Below, piece by piece: positions 11,582 through 27,379 of a stretch of DNA of 64,000 bases. The notes below the pieces were generated by a model. That model did not search any database. It saw only the letters and a list, made by a program, of their open reading frames with translations, and had not been told where the DNA came from. Every line of letters begins with the position of its first letter. The stretch's first letter is position 1. The stretch comes from the human T2T-CHM13v2.0 reference genome, Homo sapiens: NCBI RefSeq assembly GCF_009914755.1, contig NC_060925.1; one strand, written 5' to 3'. The position numbers were made by a program, and so were the translations under genes.

Positions 11582-12211
11582 CTGGTAAGACAAGTGTGAT
11601 CAGCAAATCAGTGCTGGGGTTTTGTTGATTCTTTCTGATAAATGTACATTTACTTTCATTATTATTTATGATGTAGTGAGTACAGTCAGGAAATTATACA
11701 CAGCAATATACTCGCATGGTCTAGGCCATTTGGTTTTAAATATATCCCATTTTAAATGCCATTCAGTACTTGGAATCTTATGCCCACATTCCTGCTAATC
11801 AATATATAATGAAGTTTAAATTTATGCAAAACTCATCAACCCAAAAAGACATATTGTCAACCCAAAATTGGATACTCAGAGTATCAATGTGAAAACATTA
11901 TCAGAGAGTCATAAAAATAAATGGGTTTTTGACAAGAGTGAAAGAAACACAGAGGGTCTTGCTTAAAATATTTATGAAGTTTAAAGAATCGGTTCAGTAA
12001 TAGAAGTTAATATTGGAAAGACCTGCCATGAAGAGGCCTATAGAGGTAATTTCCTGAAACACCACCCTATAACCAAATGGTTTGCAGCCTTCAGAATTTT
12101 GGGATCTTTACTGACCCTTCAGAGCACATACTAGCCCTGCATATCATAGGATATACAATGCTCTTTTCTCATAGAAATTTCCACAGCTTAGGAAGCAGGG
12201 GCAATATGCAA

Positions 12212-12529
12212 CAGCCCTATGAATGATGCCTTCTCCCTACCATTACATGTCCCCATCTCCAGCCCTATGAATGATGCCACCCCCCTACCATTACATGGCC
12301 CCATCTCCAGTCCTATGAATGATGCCTCCCCCCTACCTTTACATGTCCCCATCTCCAGCCCTATGAATGATGCCTTCGCCCTACCATTACATGGCCCCAT
12401 CTCCAGTCCTATGAATGATGCCTTCCCCCTACCGTTACATGGCCCCATCTCCAGTCCTATGAATGATGCCTTCCCCCTACCATTACATGGCCCCATCTCC
12501 AGTCCTACCATTACATGGCCCCATCTCCA
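12212..12529. repeat. 48-bp minisatellite (VNTR), 6 full units plus one internally deleted unit
   Basis: Unit cag(c/t)cctatgaatgatgccttccccctaccattacatggccccatctc starting at 12212, 12260, 12308, 12356, 12404 and 12452, with a partial unit at 12500. Confidence 0.95.
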
Positions 12530-12959
12530 CTCTACTCAGTATCCCACGTACTCAACACATACTGTGGAGCTCTTGCCCTGTATAAGGCTTTTTGCTTAAT
12601 GCATTAAAACTGGTAAGAGACACAATCTCTGTTTTCAAGGAATTTCCAGTTTAGTTGAAAATATTAAATGTATATGTCTTAACAAATTATCCTGTGGAAT
12701 CAAATAAGAGCTCAAGACCATATATGAAAATCAAATAACATCTCAAGAACACAATAGTGAATAATGAATGAATACTGATTTGAGTAAAAATACAGTCAGG
12801 CAGGATAATAAAAATTTAAAGGAAGGAGATCTTCCTTCAGGCTGGGCTGGTAACCAAAAGCCCTACATAGGTGGGTGGTGGTTAACTCAGTTTCAATAGA
12901 CAGCAACTACTCCAGAAGCCATGTCTGAAGAGAAAAACTTTAGCTAGGATTTGAAGGCA

Positions 12960-14650
12960 GGAAAGCAGATATCATTTGGTGAACATTGGACTGTCGTTTT
13001 TTCAACATACATCTATGGAACACTAACATTTGTTGAATAGTACTCCGATACACAGCAAAGAAGAAAAACTAATAAGCCCGTAACTGACATTGAGTTCTAG
13101 TTGAGAAAAAAGACAATTAAAAAAATGTAATGCAATGTGATAAATGGTATAGGGATGTATACAAAATACCTGATTAAAAGAAATTGAGGACAGTTTTAGA
13201 TAATATAGTACTTCAGCTTGTTTTTAGAGAATATGAAGGATTTGGCGGGAATTGTACAAAGTCCTAGAGGTATGGAAAGTTTGAGGAAGGCTGGTTGTGA
13301 GGGAGACAGTTAGATAAATCTGGAGAAATAGGTGAGACCACATCTGTACAATCTGGCTTGAGAAGTTTGTATAGAAGACAAAGATGAAAAAGAATGCTGT
13401 GTTCTAAGTCATTTTTAGAGTGCTATTCCTTTAGTCACAGCAAAGGTTAAGTTTAGGATACAAGCTTTAGACTTTCCAAGAAGGCAAATCAAATTTATCC
13501 TGGCCTTCTTGACTTCTGCATCTCCATCTTCTACGTTTTATGCTCTTGGTCATTTTCAACAAACTTGTCCTAGTGATTTTTATTTCTCATTGTTACACAC
13601 TCTCTTCTTCTCTTACTCTGGCCTGCTTGAATGTTGTGTTCTTGCTGTCAGATTCAGGATGCAGTCCTTCCTGGCAACTCTTCCACTCCACAGAATAGAA
13701 TTGTTTGCCCCAACAAATTGCTTTTCAGTAGTCAAACACACTTGGACTCCTGCTACTAGATGTATTGTTCTCTCTCATCTCCCCTATTAAGTGCACTGAA
13801 ATGATTGAGCCACCCATTTGAAACATATCCCATAAATTAATGGAAGAAATTAAAATTTGAGTGGAGAGCAGGAATAGGATTTTCAAAATTGAGACTAAGG
13901 CAACAAAATTCATGATGAAATGTAGGGAGGAGACGTAACTTAGCTACACAGAAAAGAGGTGAGTGCTGTGCTTTGGGAGAATAAGACAAGGACAGACAAG
14001 TAACTGAATTAGTAATTGAAAGGATAAACTCTATACATACCAGGAAAGGCACATTAAGACATATTGATATGAGGTGATGGTGTGGGGCAAAATGGTCCAT
14101 TCTTTTCACCAATTATTGAGGAAAATGGGGCATTAATAACAGAAATAGAAATGTCAGATAAGGAAGGAAATCTGGGGTTAGGAATTATCTTTAGTTTTAG
14201 GCATACTGAACTTATGATGCAGAAAACTCTGCCTGCCATTTGGAAATGAGAAACTAAATCTTAGAAGAGAAGACGATGCTAGGAAAATACATTGGCAATC
14301 ACCTATCAAAAGCCATGTCTAAGAGACAGATTGTAGAAAAAGAACAAGAGCCTTTAATGGAAATGTCCACATTTCAGAAAAGAAAAAAACAAGGGCAAGA
14401 ATAAAGTTAGATCAAGATAATATTGTAAAATGGAAATCTAGATAGGAGGGAACTTTAAGGAGGCAAGGTTAGTTAACTGTGTAAACACTTCCAATAGGTC
14501 CAGAATAATTAGAACTGAAGAAAAACTTACGGAGCTGGTAATGACATAATCTTTTTCAGTTAAGTAGAATGGACAGACTCTTGACTGCTGGGTGATAAGG
14601 ACTGAGGAAATGAATGAGTAGAAGGTGGGTACAGAACACGAATTAGAAAA
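12960..14650 (-). mobile_element. Degenerate L2 fragments
   Basis: Purine-rich L2-like tracts (aacatttgttgaatag; ttagttttaggcatactgaactt). Boundaries approximate. Confidence 0.45.
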
Positions 14651-15739
14651 ATCTGATAGAGAAAGAAATGGGAGACATATAAATTAATTATCAGGGTAGA
14701 CCAGGGAGATAAAAGGAAGCATCTACCAGCAGAAACATAGACGTAGAGTCTGGTCTACAACCTGAGCAGAGAACAATTATATTTCTACCAACTCTTTTCT
14801 TCTCTTAAGCTTCTCTCCTTATGGTTCAGAGTAACACTACTTGAGAAATCTTATCTTTCTGTCACCACTTTTTATGTGATATTTGGTATCATATATTATA
14901 ATAAAACCTATTCCTATAAAATTACTCAGCTTGAGGTTATTTCACAAAAATGCTATAATTTGGAACATGAAGAGAGCAAAACTCTCTACCAGTGTGTTGG
15001 AGTCATCTATGTGGCAGTAGAGAGGAGAATAAAAACAAGGAATTGGGTGTTGGAAGATATCAATAATTGCTCAATCTGGGAAGACAACTACTTGTCTTTA
15101 ATTCAAGAGAAATCTGATGAATGAAAATAAATCAGTAAGAATTACAGGAATATTTAGACAAGATATACGTGGGAATCTCATAAAAATTATGCACTATTTA
15201 AGAAATATGCAAGTTCGTGTGTTTTTCTAAAATATATTATTTAATTTTCAAGTTTTATGCTTATATGAGAAAATGCACTGCTAGTGCAACTAAAATATAA
15301 TATTTTACACAGATCAAGGAAAATTTCTTAAGAAGGGAAGCTATAGTATAAAAAAAGGCAATTGGAATTGATGGTGTATGTGAGACTTTCCCACAGCATT
15401 TTCCAAATAATTTAATCTTCTCATTTTTCTCTTTACACTGCCAAAATAAATAATGAATGTCTTTTGTGCAAAATCTATGACAAAATTAAAAATGCACACG
15501 TTCACTGAAACATATTCTTGACAATTAATTATTGCCATAGATATAGATAAATTCTATCTTTTGAGCCAAATGCTGAAATCATGTAATCAATTCTTTAAAT
15601 GAACTAAATAAAAAAGAATACATTTAAATATAAACATAATATTTTGATTAACATATAAAACATTTTAAAGAAAACATTACTGACTCTACCGTGAGACAGA
15701 ATGGTAACATGCATAACTATTCAAAATTATTAACACTCT

Positions 15740-15975
15740 CTTTTCCTATAAGAAGATTATGTATTTACAGATTCCCAACTATTGACTTAGGCTTAGTGAT
15801 GTGACTTGTGTTGGCCAAAGAAATGAAAGTGGACATGCGGTGTGCGCAGGAGAGCAGAAATTTTAATACAGCTGTGTAGTTGAACTTGTCTTCCCCTCTG
15901 CCTCATGAATGTGTTATCATCCTGGGCCCAGGAATAAGAAGAGCTGTGGATCAGAGCCCAGCAGTGCCAAAATAT
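15740..15975. mobile_element. MLT1-type MaLR LTR fragment
   Basis: gtgacttgtgttggccaaagaaatgaaagtggacatg resembles MLT1J-type LTRs. Confidence 0.5.
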
Positions 15976-16339
15976 TTTTGCTTTTAATGTTTGTGTTAAG
16001 CTGAAACACTGACTAAAATGGGCAGACAAGTGAAAATTATACTTTTCTCACTTTCTGAAATTTAGACTTTGATTTTCAAAAAATGAGACAGGAAATGTTC
16101 TAAAGTTCAGTGTTTTGGTTTCTAGTGTTTAAACAATAGAGCATTTCATGCATCTCTATATTCATTCATTCAGGAAATATTTAAGGAACACATACTTTGT
16201 ACAAATGGTATACATGAGATGTGTAAAATAAACTTACATCCATGGCCTAACATTCTAAAAATATGAAAAATCCAAGTTCTACATGGAAATATTTAACTTT
16301 CAAGTAAGAGGTTTACAACTTTAAAATTTAATCATAAAA

Positions 16340-17705
<1,366 letters not shown>

Positions 17706-18410
17706 CAAAAACCAAATGTGTCTCTCTTGAACTAAGAAACATAAAAAGCCATCCAAAAGCCTTTATCCCTGTCAACTTAACTTTGTTATTGCAGATACAG
17801 GAAAATGTAAGACATTTCAAAATGATTGGAAATTGTCAAGTAATAGCCATACAAAGCTATTGTAAGAACAAAAAGAAATCAAGAACTAATACATTTCAGC
17901 TGATGAAAATTTTGCCTTCCAAAATCCAAATCAAGAGAAGGAACCTGTAATACAAGTCCCTAGTATGAATGAAAAAGCTGCTAAAAAGTTACTATAGATT
18001 TTTTTAATCTTTTATCAGAAATTTAAATTCTTACAATGGACATGTAGAATACATAAAAAAATCCTACAACTCAATAAAAAGCCAAGCAACCCAATAGAAA
18101 ATGAGCAAAACGTCTAAACAATCACTTGACTAAAAATTCTGATATGCAAATAACCATATTTGCTCATGAGAAAGATGTTCAGTGTCATCATTCATCCAGG
18201 AACTGCAAATTAAAACTACAATGAGACACATCTCCATACTCACTAGAATTGGTCAAATTAAAAACACCAAAATCTGCTGAATAGGTGATGCAATGGAAAC
18301 TCTCATACATGCTAATGTAAAGGCAAAATTAAACAATCATTTTGGAAAACTGCTTGGCATTCTCTAAGTTAAACATATACCTAGCCGAATCCAGTCTTTG
18401 ACTTACCTTT

Positions 18411-19516
18411 TCATTTTTTTTTTAATTTAAAGTTTTTATTCTTTTTTTTTATACTTTAAGTTTTAGGGTACATGTGCACAACGTGCAGGTTTGTTACATA
18501 TGCATATATGTGTCATGTTGGTGTGCTGCACCCATTAACTCATCATTTACATTAGGTATATCTCCAAATGCTTTCCCTCCCTCCTCCCCCCACCCCACAA
18601 CAGGCCCTGGTGTGTGATGTTCCCCTTCCTGTGTCCATGTGTTCTCATTGTTCAATTCCCACCTATGAGTGAGAACATGCGGTGTTTGGTTTTTTGTCCT
18701 TGCGATAGTTTGCTGAGAATGATGGTTTCCAGCTTCATCCATGTCCCTACAAAGGACATGAACTCATCATTTTTTATGGCTGCATAGTATTTCATGGTGT
18801 ATATGCACCACATTTTCTTAATCCAGTCTGTCATTGTTGGACATAGACCAATGGAACAGAACAGAGCCTTCAGAAATAATGCCACATATGTACAACCATC
18901 TGATCTTTGACAAACCTGACGAAAATAAGAAATGGGGAAAGGATTCACTATTAAATAAATGGTGCTGGGAAAACTGGCTAGCCATATGTAGAAAGCTGAA
19001 ACTGGATCCCTTCCTTACACCTTATACAAAAATTAATTCAAGATGGATTAAAGACTTAAATGTTAGACCTAAAAGCATAAAAACCCTAGAAGAAAACCTA
19101 GGCAATACCATTCAGGACATAGGCATGGGCAAGGACTTCATGTCTAAAACACAAAAAGCAATGGCAACAAAAGCCAAAATTGACAAATGGGATCTAATTA
19201 AACTAAAGAGCTTCTGCACAGCAAAAGAAACTACCATCAGAGTGAACAGGCAACCTACAGAATGGGAGAAATTTTTTGCAATCTACTCATCTGACAAAGG
19301 GCTAATATCCAGAATCAAACAAATTTACAAGAAAGAAACAAACAACCCCATCAAAAAGTGGGCGAAGGATATGAACACATACTTCTCAAAAGAAGACATT
19401 TATGCAGCCAACAGACACATGAAAAAATGCTCTTCATCACTGGCCATCAGAGAAATGCAAATCAAAACCATAATGAGATACCATCTCACATCAGTTAGAA
19501 TGGCAATCATTTTCTT
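18411..19516 (-). mobile_element. 5'-truncated, 5'-inverted L1PA (twin priming): 3'UTR on minus 18421-18843, ORF2 piece on plus 18844-19511
   Basis: Poly-T plus reverse L1PA 3'UTR, then plus-strand ORF2 (DQWNRTE...KWCWENW...MRYHLT); probable TSD tcattttctt at 18411 (degenerate) and 19507. Confidence 0.93.
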
Positions 19517-19519
19517 AAT

Positions 19520-22500
19520 ATTTTAGATGAAGTTGAATTTACCATTTTTTAATGGTTAGCGCTTTGTTTGTACCTTGTCTGAGAAATCTTTACCAACACC
19601 AAGATGATCAAGATATTTTCTCATTTATCTTCTAGAAGCTTTATAATTTCAGCTTTTATTTATTAGGTCTATGAACCCATCTCAAATTAAATTGTATGCA
19701 TGATGTGAGATAGGGGTCAAGCTTTATTGTTTTTTTTTGACTCCTATACACTATACAGTACTATTTGTTGAAAAGATTGTACTCGCCCCATTGAACTGCC
19801 TTACCTCTATCAAATTTTAATTGACATTGGAAGTCTGAGTCTATTTCTGATTAATTTGCCAGTACAAATACTATGAAGTCTTAATTATTATGGCTTTATT
19901 TTAAATCTTGAAATAAGATGGCTCAGTTTGCCATTTTTTTAATACTTTATTCAATAGTATTTTGGATATTCTAGGTCTTTCAACTTGTAGAATCAACTTG
20001 GGAATTTCTTCAAAAAAGCTTGCTGGAATTTTGATTGGAATTACATTAAATGAATAAATTGACTTCAGGAAAATGGCTATTTTAACAATATTTTGTTTTT
20101 CATCCACAAACATGATAAATCTTCATCTATTTAGGTTTACATTGATTTTTCTAAGTTATGTTTTATAGCTTTGGCTATACAAATATTTTCATTTATTTTG
20201 TTAAATTTAAGTGCTATGTTTTGAATATTTTTTTAAATCCAACTTTGTTTAAATTGTTTATTGCTAGTATGTTCAATTAATTTTGTTTATATTAACATTG
20301 TATTCTGCAATCTTTCCAAGTTCATTTATTAGTTTTAACACTTTTTCAAAGATTTTTTAAAGCATTTACATACAAAATTATGTCGATGACAAATACATTT
20401 TCTTTTCCTTTTCTATATTTATGACTTTTATATTATCGTATTGTTTTAGCAGTGGCTAGAACTACTGGTAAAGTTTGAACGAAAACTTGATCCCTATCTT
20501 AAAATCAAAACATGCACTATTTCACTTTTATATATTTATATATATAAATATATAAGTATATTAAGTATGTATAAGTATATATAATAAATATATATTAAAT
20601 ATATATTGTATATATATTTTGCCTGTTTTACGGCCCAGCATATTAGCTGTAGAATATTTGTAGTGTACATTTCATATATGTATACTATATATATATATGT
20701 ATATGTATTCTGTAGAATATTTGTAGTGGTCCTTCATCTCTCCTATTCTTAGTTTGCTGAAAGTTTTCATTATGAATAGGTATAAAATTTTGTGAAATGT
20801 CTTTCAGCTGTATTGAGATAATATGATATTTTGCTATACTATTTCCTCTATTAATGTGGTAAATCATATCGATAGATTTTTAAAATTAATCCAAAATATT
20901 TTTTTCTCTCTCTTCCTCTCCTTTTCTCTCTCCCCCCTCCTTCTCTCCCCTTACCACTCTCCATTCCCCAACACCCATAATTCTTGCAAATCAATTCTGG
21001 GCTTTGCTTTCTGTTTCCATTTCATTGATATCCAATTCTGCCTTAATTTTTTTCATTTCTTATTACTTTGGTCTTAATTTGTTCTTTTTTGCCTGTTTTA
21101 AGAAGAAGCTTAGGAAAGCTTGGACTTTTTTCTTCTAAGATAACCATTTAACCTATACATTTCTCTCCAGGCCTTACTTGGGGTGCATTCCAAAAAGTTC
21201 ATGTTATACTTTATTTTTTGTTAAAAAATTCCCCTTAATTGGTAGGGCATTTAGAAATGTGTTGTTTAATTTGAAGTATTTAGAAAATTTCCAGATAGCA
21301 TTTTCAGACTGATTTCTAATTTAATTCTATATAAACAGAGAATATATTCTGACTTCAACTTTTTAAATATATTAAGATTCTTTTATGGCCCAGCATATTA
21401 GCTGTAGAATGTTTGTAGTGTACATACTTTCAAATATACATACTTTCCATGTACATTTGAAAAACAATAGCTATTTTCCAGTTTTGTATAGAATGTACAA
21501 TAACTGTCACTGAAGTTTGTTGATAGTGTGTTTGATTTTTCTGTATTTTTATAGATTTTTATCAACTTCTTTTATTAAGTACTAAGAAAGTCATTTAAAA
21601 ATCTTGAAATATAGAAGGGAATTTGTCTATTTTGTCCTTTGGTTTGTAAACTTCTGCTTTATGTATTTTGAAACTCTATTACTACATATAAGCACATTTA
21701 GGATAATTTCTTCTTAATCAATTGACTATCATTATAAAATGTCTGTTTAGTAATATTACTGGTCTTAAAGGTAATTTTGGCTGATATAAATATTGCCACT
21801 ACCATTTTCTTATGATAAATGTTTCATGGTTTATTTTTTCCATCCTTTTACTTTTAAGCTTTTTATGTTTTTATACTTGAAGTGTGTTTCTTGTACACCC
21901 TTTGTAAGTCTTGCTTATTTAGCCAGTTTAATAATCTATTCTTTTTGATTGTTGTGTTATGTGCATTTATATTCAACATAATTATTAATATGTTTTTAAC
22001 TTAATTTTACCATCTTGCTATTTGAATTCTCTCTTTTCTTACTTTCTTCTTCTTTTTTTTTTTTGCATTTGCTGTTTGCTTCTTTGCTGTGCCTTCCCTA
22101 CCTTGTTATGGATTAGAGGAGTTACCTTAACATTCCATTTTGCTACCTTTTTCATCTCCCTAGGTAGACTTTAGACTTTTTAAAATGGCTCTCTAAGGAT
22201 CATCATATGCATTCTTAACACACATACTATCACAAATTAACATTATACTACTTCACATATAAGATCCTTACAGCAACATACTTCCATTTACCATTGTCCA
22301 ATTATTTGTACTATTTTTTATACAGTTTAATTTTATATATGTTGTAAACTGCAGAATATGTTTAAAATTTCTTGTTTTCACTAATCAAATGTCTTCAAAA
22401 GAGTTTTTAATAATATTTTCTGTTTATTCACATTTTTAATTTCCATTTTCCTTCATTTTTTCCTCACACTTGAGTTATTATTGGTATTTTTAGCCTAAAA

Positions 22501-24250
22501 CTTTTTTTAGCACTTCTTGTAATGCAAGACTATTCATGATATACTAACTCTTTCTTTAATCTAAAAATGTCTTTCAAATTATTTTTGAATAATACGTTCA
22601 CTGAATATAGAATTGAGATTGGTGTTTTAAAGTTTCTAAAGATATTGTATTATCTTCTAGCCTCAATTATTTTTGATGAAATGTTAGCCTTCATTCCTTT
22701 CATTGTTTTCTTCTATGTAGTGCCTTTTTCCTTTTCTCTAGCTGATTTTAAGGTTTTTATTTCCATAATCTTTTTTTTTTAGTAATCGGACTGTGAGTAT
22801 ACAATATGTGGCTATATTATACTTATTCTACTTGGAATTCATTGAGCTTCTTGCATTTTTAGGTTGTTTCATCATCAAATTTGAATATTTAGCAACAGTT
22901 ATTTCTTCAAATATTTTTCTGCCTATTTCTTCTCCCTGGAACCCACATCTCCATGTATGTTAAATCTCCTGATATTATTCCACATGTTATCGATCTGTTT
23001 ATTTTTTAACCTATTTTTCTCTTCATTTTTCTTTGGTTACTTCATAATGATATGTGTTTAAATTCATTAATCTTTTATTCTGCACTGACCAATTTGCTAT
23101 TATACTTATCCAATAAAGTTTTTATTGTAAATTTATACTTTTCAGATCTAGAATTTCCATTTTATTTCTTCTTAGAGCTATCATTTATCTCTTAAAATAT
23201 TTTATCTTTTCATCCATTATATGAATTTTACCTTTAATTTTTTTTAAATGTTTACAATATTTGCTTTAAATTCTTTGCTTTCTAATTACAGTAATTTGGC
23301 AATCTGTGGATACATTTCTACTGACTTATGTAGAACTGAAGTTGGGCTTTAATTGTATTTAGTTCACTTGTGTTTAGCTCAACCTTCAACCATTGGTGAT
23401 GCCACCTTTTGGATCTTATCCTCATTTGAGCTAGCGGGGGACTTGGCTGGGACTATAAATATTTTTGGCTCATATTTGGATTAAATTTATTCATAATTCT
23501 GGAATCCAATCATGGCAAAATTTCATAGGAATCCACTTCTAGGGCCTCTTCAACTGACTTTATCTTAGCAAAATTCAAGTGTGGAGGATAATAGTGTAAC
23601 CTGGGGCTGAGCTACTTGCTTTGGCATTTAGACTTTTAGATCTAATTTCATCTTACTAGGCTACATTGTTGTCTAAGGGTGGATGGTTTCCCCTTGACCT
23701 TAAAAATTCTCCCCATCTACAATAGCATACTCCTCCGCTGTCTGAACAAGTGTTTAGCCTCAGATATGGAAGCTGCCACAGCACTCTGATCACCTATGAA
23801 GCACTTATTTCTTCCTAAAATTCAATTCAGCCAGGGTTTTCTGCATTGCTTGCTCCTTGACAGACTCATAGAAAAAGATATTTCTTTAGTCTGGTTTTCT
23901 TGTTGTTACCATGAAAGCGAAGTTCTTTCTTACTGTTCTACATCCCAATTTGAAACAGAAGTTTCTAATTATTTTATGAGTAATTTTGTGAGAACAGGAA
24001 TGCAACTGTTTTATATATATTTCTCTTGACTCCAGTCAATTTGTAGATTGTTCAACTGGTTCTATATTTTCAGTGGATTATCTTGGATTTTACAGGAAAT
24101 ATTATCAGAAAATAATAATTATCTGATCAATTTATGTCCAACTTTTAAACTCCTATTTCTTACTGCATTAATCGGACCTCTGCAACAGTGATAAGTGATA
24201 GCAGTGATAAATTCTTCTCTTTTTAATGCTATTTCATGTTTTGTAAAAAT
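19520..24250 (-). mobile_element. Long old L1M element (ORF2 to 5' region), highly diverged
   Basis: ORF2 remnant NIVKIAIFLKSIYSFNVIPIKIPASFFEEI (19901-20113, minus); T-rich plus strand throughout. Confidence 0.8.
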
Positions 24251-24536
24251 TGATGTATTTATCTACATATTTGTTCAATTGTCTAATCATCTTCATATTC
24301 AATATTTTTTCTTGTAAATTCTGAATCTTTCTTAAAGATATACCTGTATTTTCCAAATGTACCCTTTATATAGATGATTATATTCTCATAAGAATTTTTC
24401 AAAAATTTAGGATAGCCTTTAAGCCAGACATTTTCTCTTTCTAGCTTTCAATAACAAGGTTAACAATTTTTTACTTTAGAAGCAGATATTAATCCACGGG
24501 TTTAGAAAAGTCAATCAAGTATCATATGATGTTAAA

Positions 24537-24542
24537 AATAAC

Positions 24543-24573
<31 letters not shown>

Positions 24574-24725
24574 CCCAGCCAGGCACAGTGTCATATGCCT
24601 ATAGTCTCAGCTATTTGGGAGTCCAAGGCAGGAGGATGGCTTGAACCAAGGAGTTTGAGTACAGCCTGGGCAAGATAGTGACATAGTGAGACCCTGTCTC
24701 TAAAACAAAACAAAACAAAAAACTA
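24537..24725 (+). mobile_element. FLAM_A-like Alu monomer (24577-24705) flanked on both sides by (CAAAA)n
   Basis: agccaggcacagtg...ggaggatggcttgaaccaaggagtttgag...gagaccctgtctct with pentamer repeats on either side. Confidence 0.85.
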
Positions 24726-25251
24726 ACAACAAATACTAGTTAACTTTTAGCAGTAATAAAGAAATGGATTAATGAAAGGAAGAAATGAAAACATCAGCCT
24801 ACATTAAAACATAAAACTAGAGAAAATAAACAGTAGACAATAACTTAAAGATACATCAGTTCCATTAACTTGCCTTTGCTTTCACCAAAATACATGTTTG
24901 CTCTGAATAATAAAGATAAACAAGAAAGGCATAATACTTACTTTAAGGGAAACCCATCCTATAGCAGTAGAAGTATTTGTATCCAAATGAGTACAAAATA
25001 TTATAAAGACCCAGTACAAGAGGGATATGTAATCTACAGCTATAAAATAGCAAAAGTGATTAATTTTGTTGAAATGAGAGCAAAATGATATACAGAAAAA
25101 GTTCACAGAAGCTGTGATGGTTAAGCAGGACTGTGAAGACTGAATTAAAATTCACTGTGTGCACAATGAAGTGAAGGGCATTACAGGGCATCAATAAATA
25201 AATGTTCATAGAAAGGAAGAAATTGCAGTCGAAGAGAAAGCACTTTCTTGA

Positions 25252-25626
<375 letters not shown>

Positions 25627-26827
25627 AACTACCTGTATCTGCAGTCTGCCTAGTATTCCCTGTTTATATCATAGAAGAAAGTATCAAACCAAAGTGTTGA
25701 GACGAGGATGAAAGGTGTCAGAATCTGCTGCTATCGCTAAGTTCTCCTTCTCCTTCGGATACATTAACCAAATCCATTGATCTCAATCCTAGGGTTATGA
25801 CAGACAACACATTCTTCAAATCCTGCTAGGAAACACATGAAATAAATGAGTAGAGCTTACGGATCTAAAGCATGTTCTTTGACTCATATTCAACAGAAAA
25901 TTCCAATATTATAATCAGAATGATATGACTCAGTTTAAAAAAACTATCAGAAACTTTAAAAAACGCTTTATTAAACTAGTAGAATAAATTGGTCAAAGAT
26001 GTATAAATAACTGCTGAAAAACAAGACAAATAAAATATGCCAATACAATACTCAAAATATACTTTTTTCAGGAAACTACAGTATGGAAAATCTAGTATGC
26101 ATAGGCTTCTGAAACTAAAAAGAAAATTTTCACATAAAATTAATTTATTCTATTAGCTAGGTATTTTCTTATTCTTGCACACATAAAGACAGCAGAAACC
26201 CCTTGGTTTCATTATCAAATATCCCTTCAGCTTCATTCCTACTCAATCCAATTGCTCAGAGATGGATTTCCATGCCTAGTTAGTGCATTAGGGAATGTAA
26301 AAGTTCATTTTCATATGGAAGTAACTCTGGCTATATAGTTTAATTTAAATTATGCAAAACAGTTCCTAAATTAGAAAAACTTTTTCTTTTTACTTGACTG
26401 CCATTAGGTGGTGCTAGAAATGTCTCCATTCATAAACTATTTATGGCTAACCAGCTCTATAAATACATGAATAACAAAATCTCCATTGATTATACTCGAC
26501 AAAATAACAGTTGAAAGCTAACCTGAAAATATGAGCGCCCTGGAATGAATCCCCAAACATTCCTTAGAATACCAAAGTTGTGTTATCTTATTATTTAAAC
26601 ATGTATTTTTTCTTCCTTTTGAAAATTAAATTTTTTTCAGTTGCTTACTACAAAAGAATTCAATAAATATTAGATTAGCATTCTAAAAATTACAATGGAA
26701 CTATAGATTAGGATTAAAAAGTAGGGCAATACCTGAGGAAAAAAACAAGAATAATGTGCTTTAATGTAAAAGAAGTGTTGAGAAATGATTTCATTCTGGT
26801 CTGTATAAAACAAAGAAATGTGTTTTA

Positions 26828-27379
26828 TAAAAACTTTTATTTTAGGTTGTGGGGTACATGTGAAGGTTTGTTACATACATGAATTTGTGTCACGGGGGTT
26901 CAATGAACAGATGATTTCATTATACAAGAATTAAGCCTAATACCCAATAATTATCTTTTCTGCTCCTCTCCCTTCTGCCTCCCTTCACCCTCAGATAGAC
27001 CCCAGTGTCTGTTGTTCCTTTGTGTTCATGAGTTCTCATTATTTAACTCCCACTTATAAGTGAGAATGTGCAGTATTTAGATTTCTGTTCCTGCATTAGT
27101 TTGCTAACGGTAATGGCCTCCAGCTCTATGTTCCTGCAAAAGACATGATCTTGTTTTTTTTCATGTTTGCATGGTATCTCATGCTGTATATGTACCACAT
27201 TTTCTTTATCTAGTCTGTCATTGATGGGCATTTAGGTTGATTCTATGTCTTTGCTATTGTAAATAGTGCTGCAATGAACACCCGCGAGCATGTGTCCTTA
27301 GGGTAGAATGATTTATATTCTTCTGGGTATATACCCAGTAATGGGATTGCTGGGTCAAATGGTGGTTCTGCTTTTAGAT
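26828..27379 (-). mobile_element. 5'-truncated older L1PA 3' end
   Basis: Reverse L1 3'UTR/ORF2 end (ggggtacatgtgaaggtttgttacat...gggattgctgggtcaaatgg); imperfect TSD caaagaaatg / caaagaatg. Confidence 0.9.

Noticed and set aside
12188-12599. Repetitive 126-aa (+) and 107-aa (-) ORFs; CRISPR-like appearance
   Set aside because: Products of a 48-bp tandem repeat with no unique spacers; eukaryotic intron with no cas genes.
18834-19526. 230-aa ORF
   Set aside because: Inverted fragment of L1 ORF2 with no promoter or true start.
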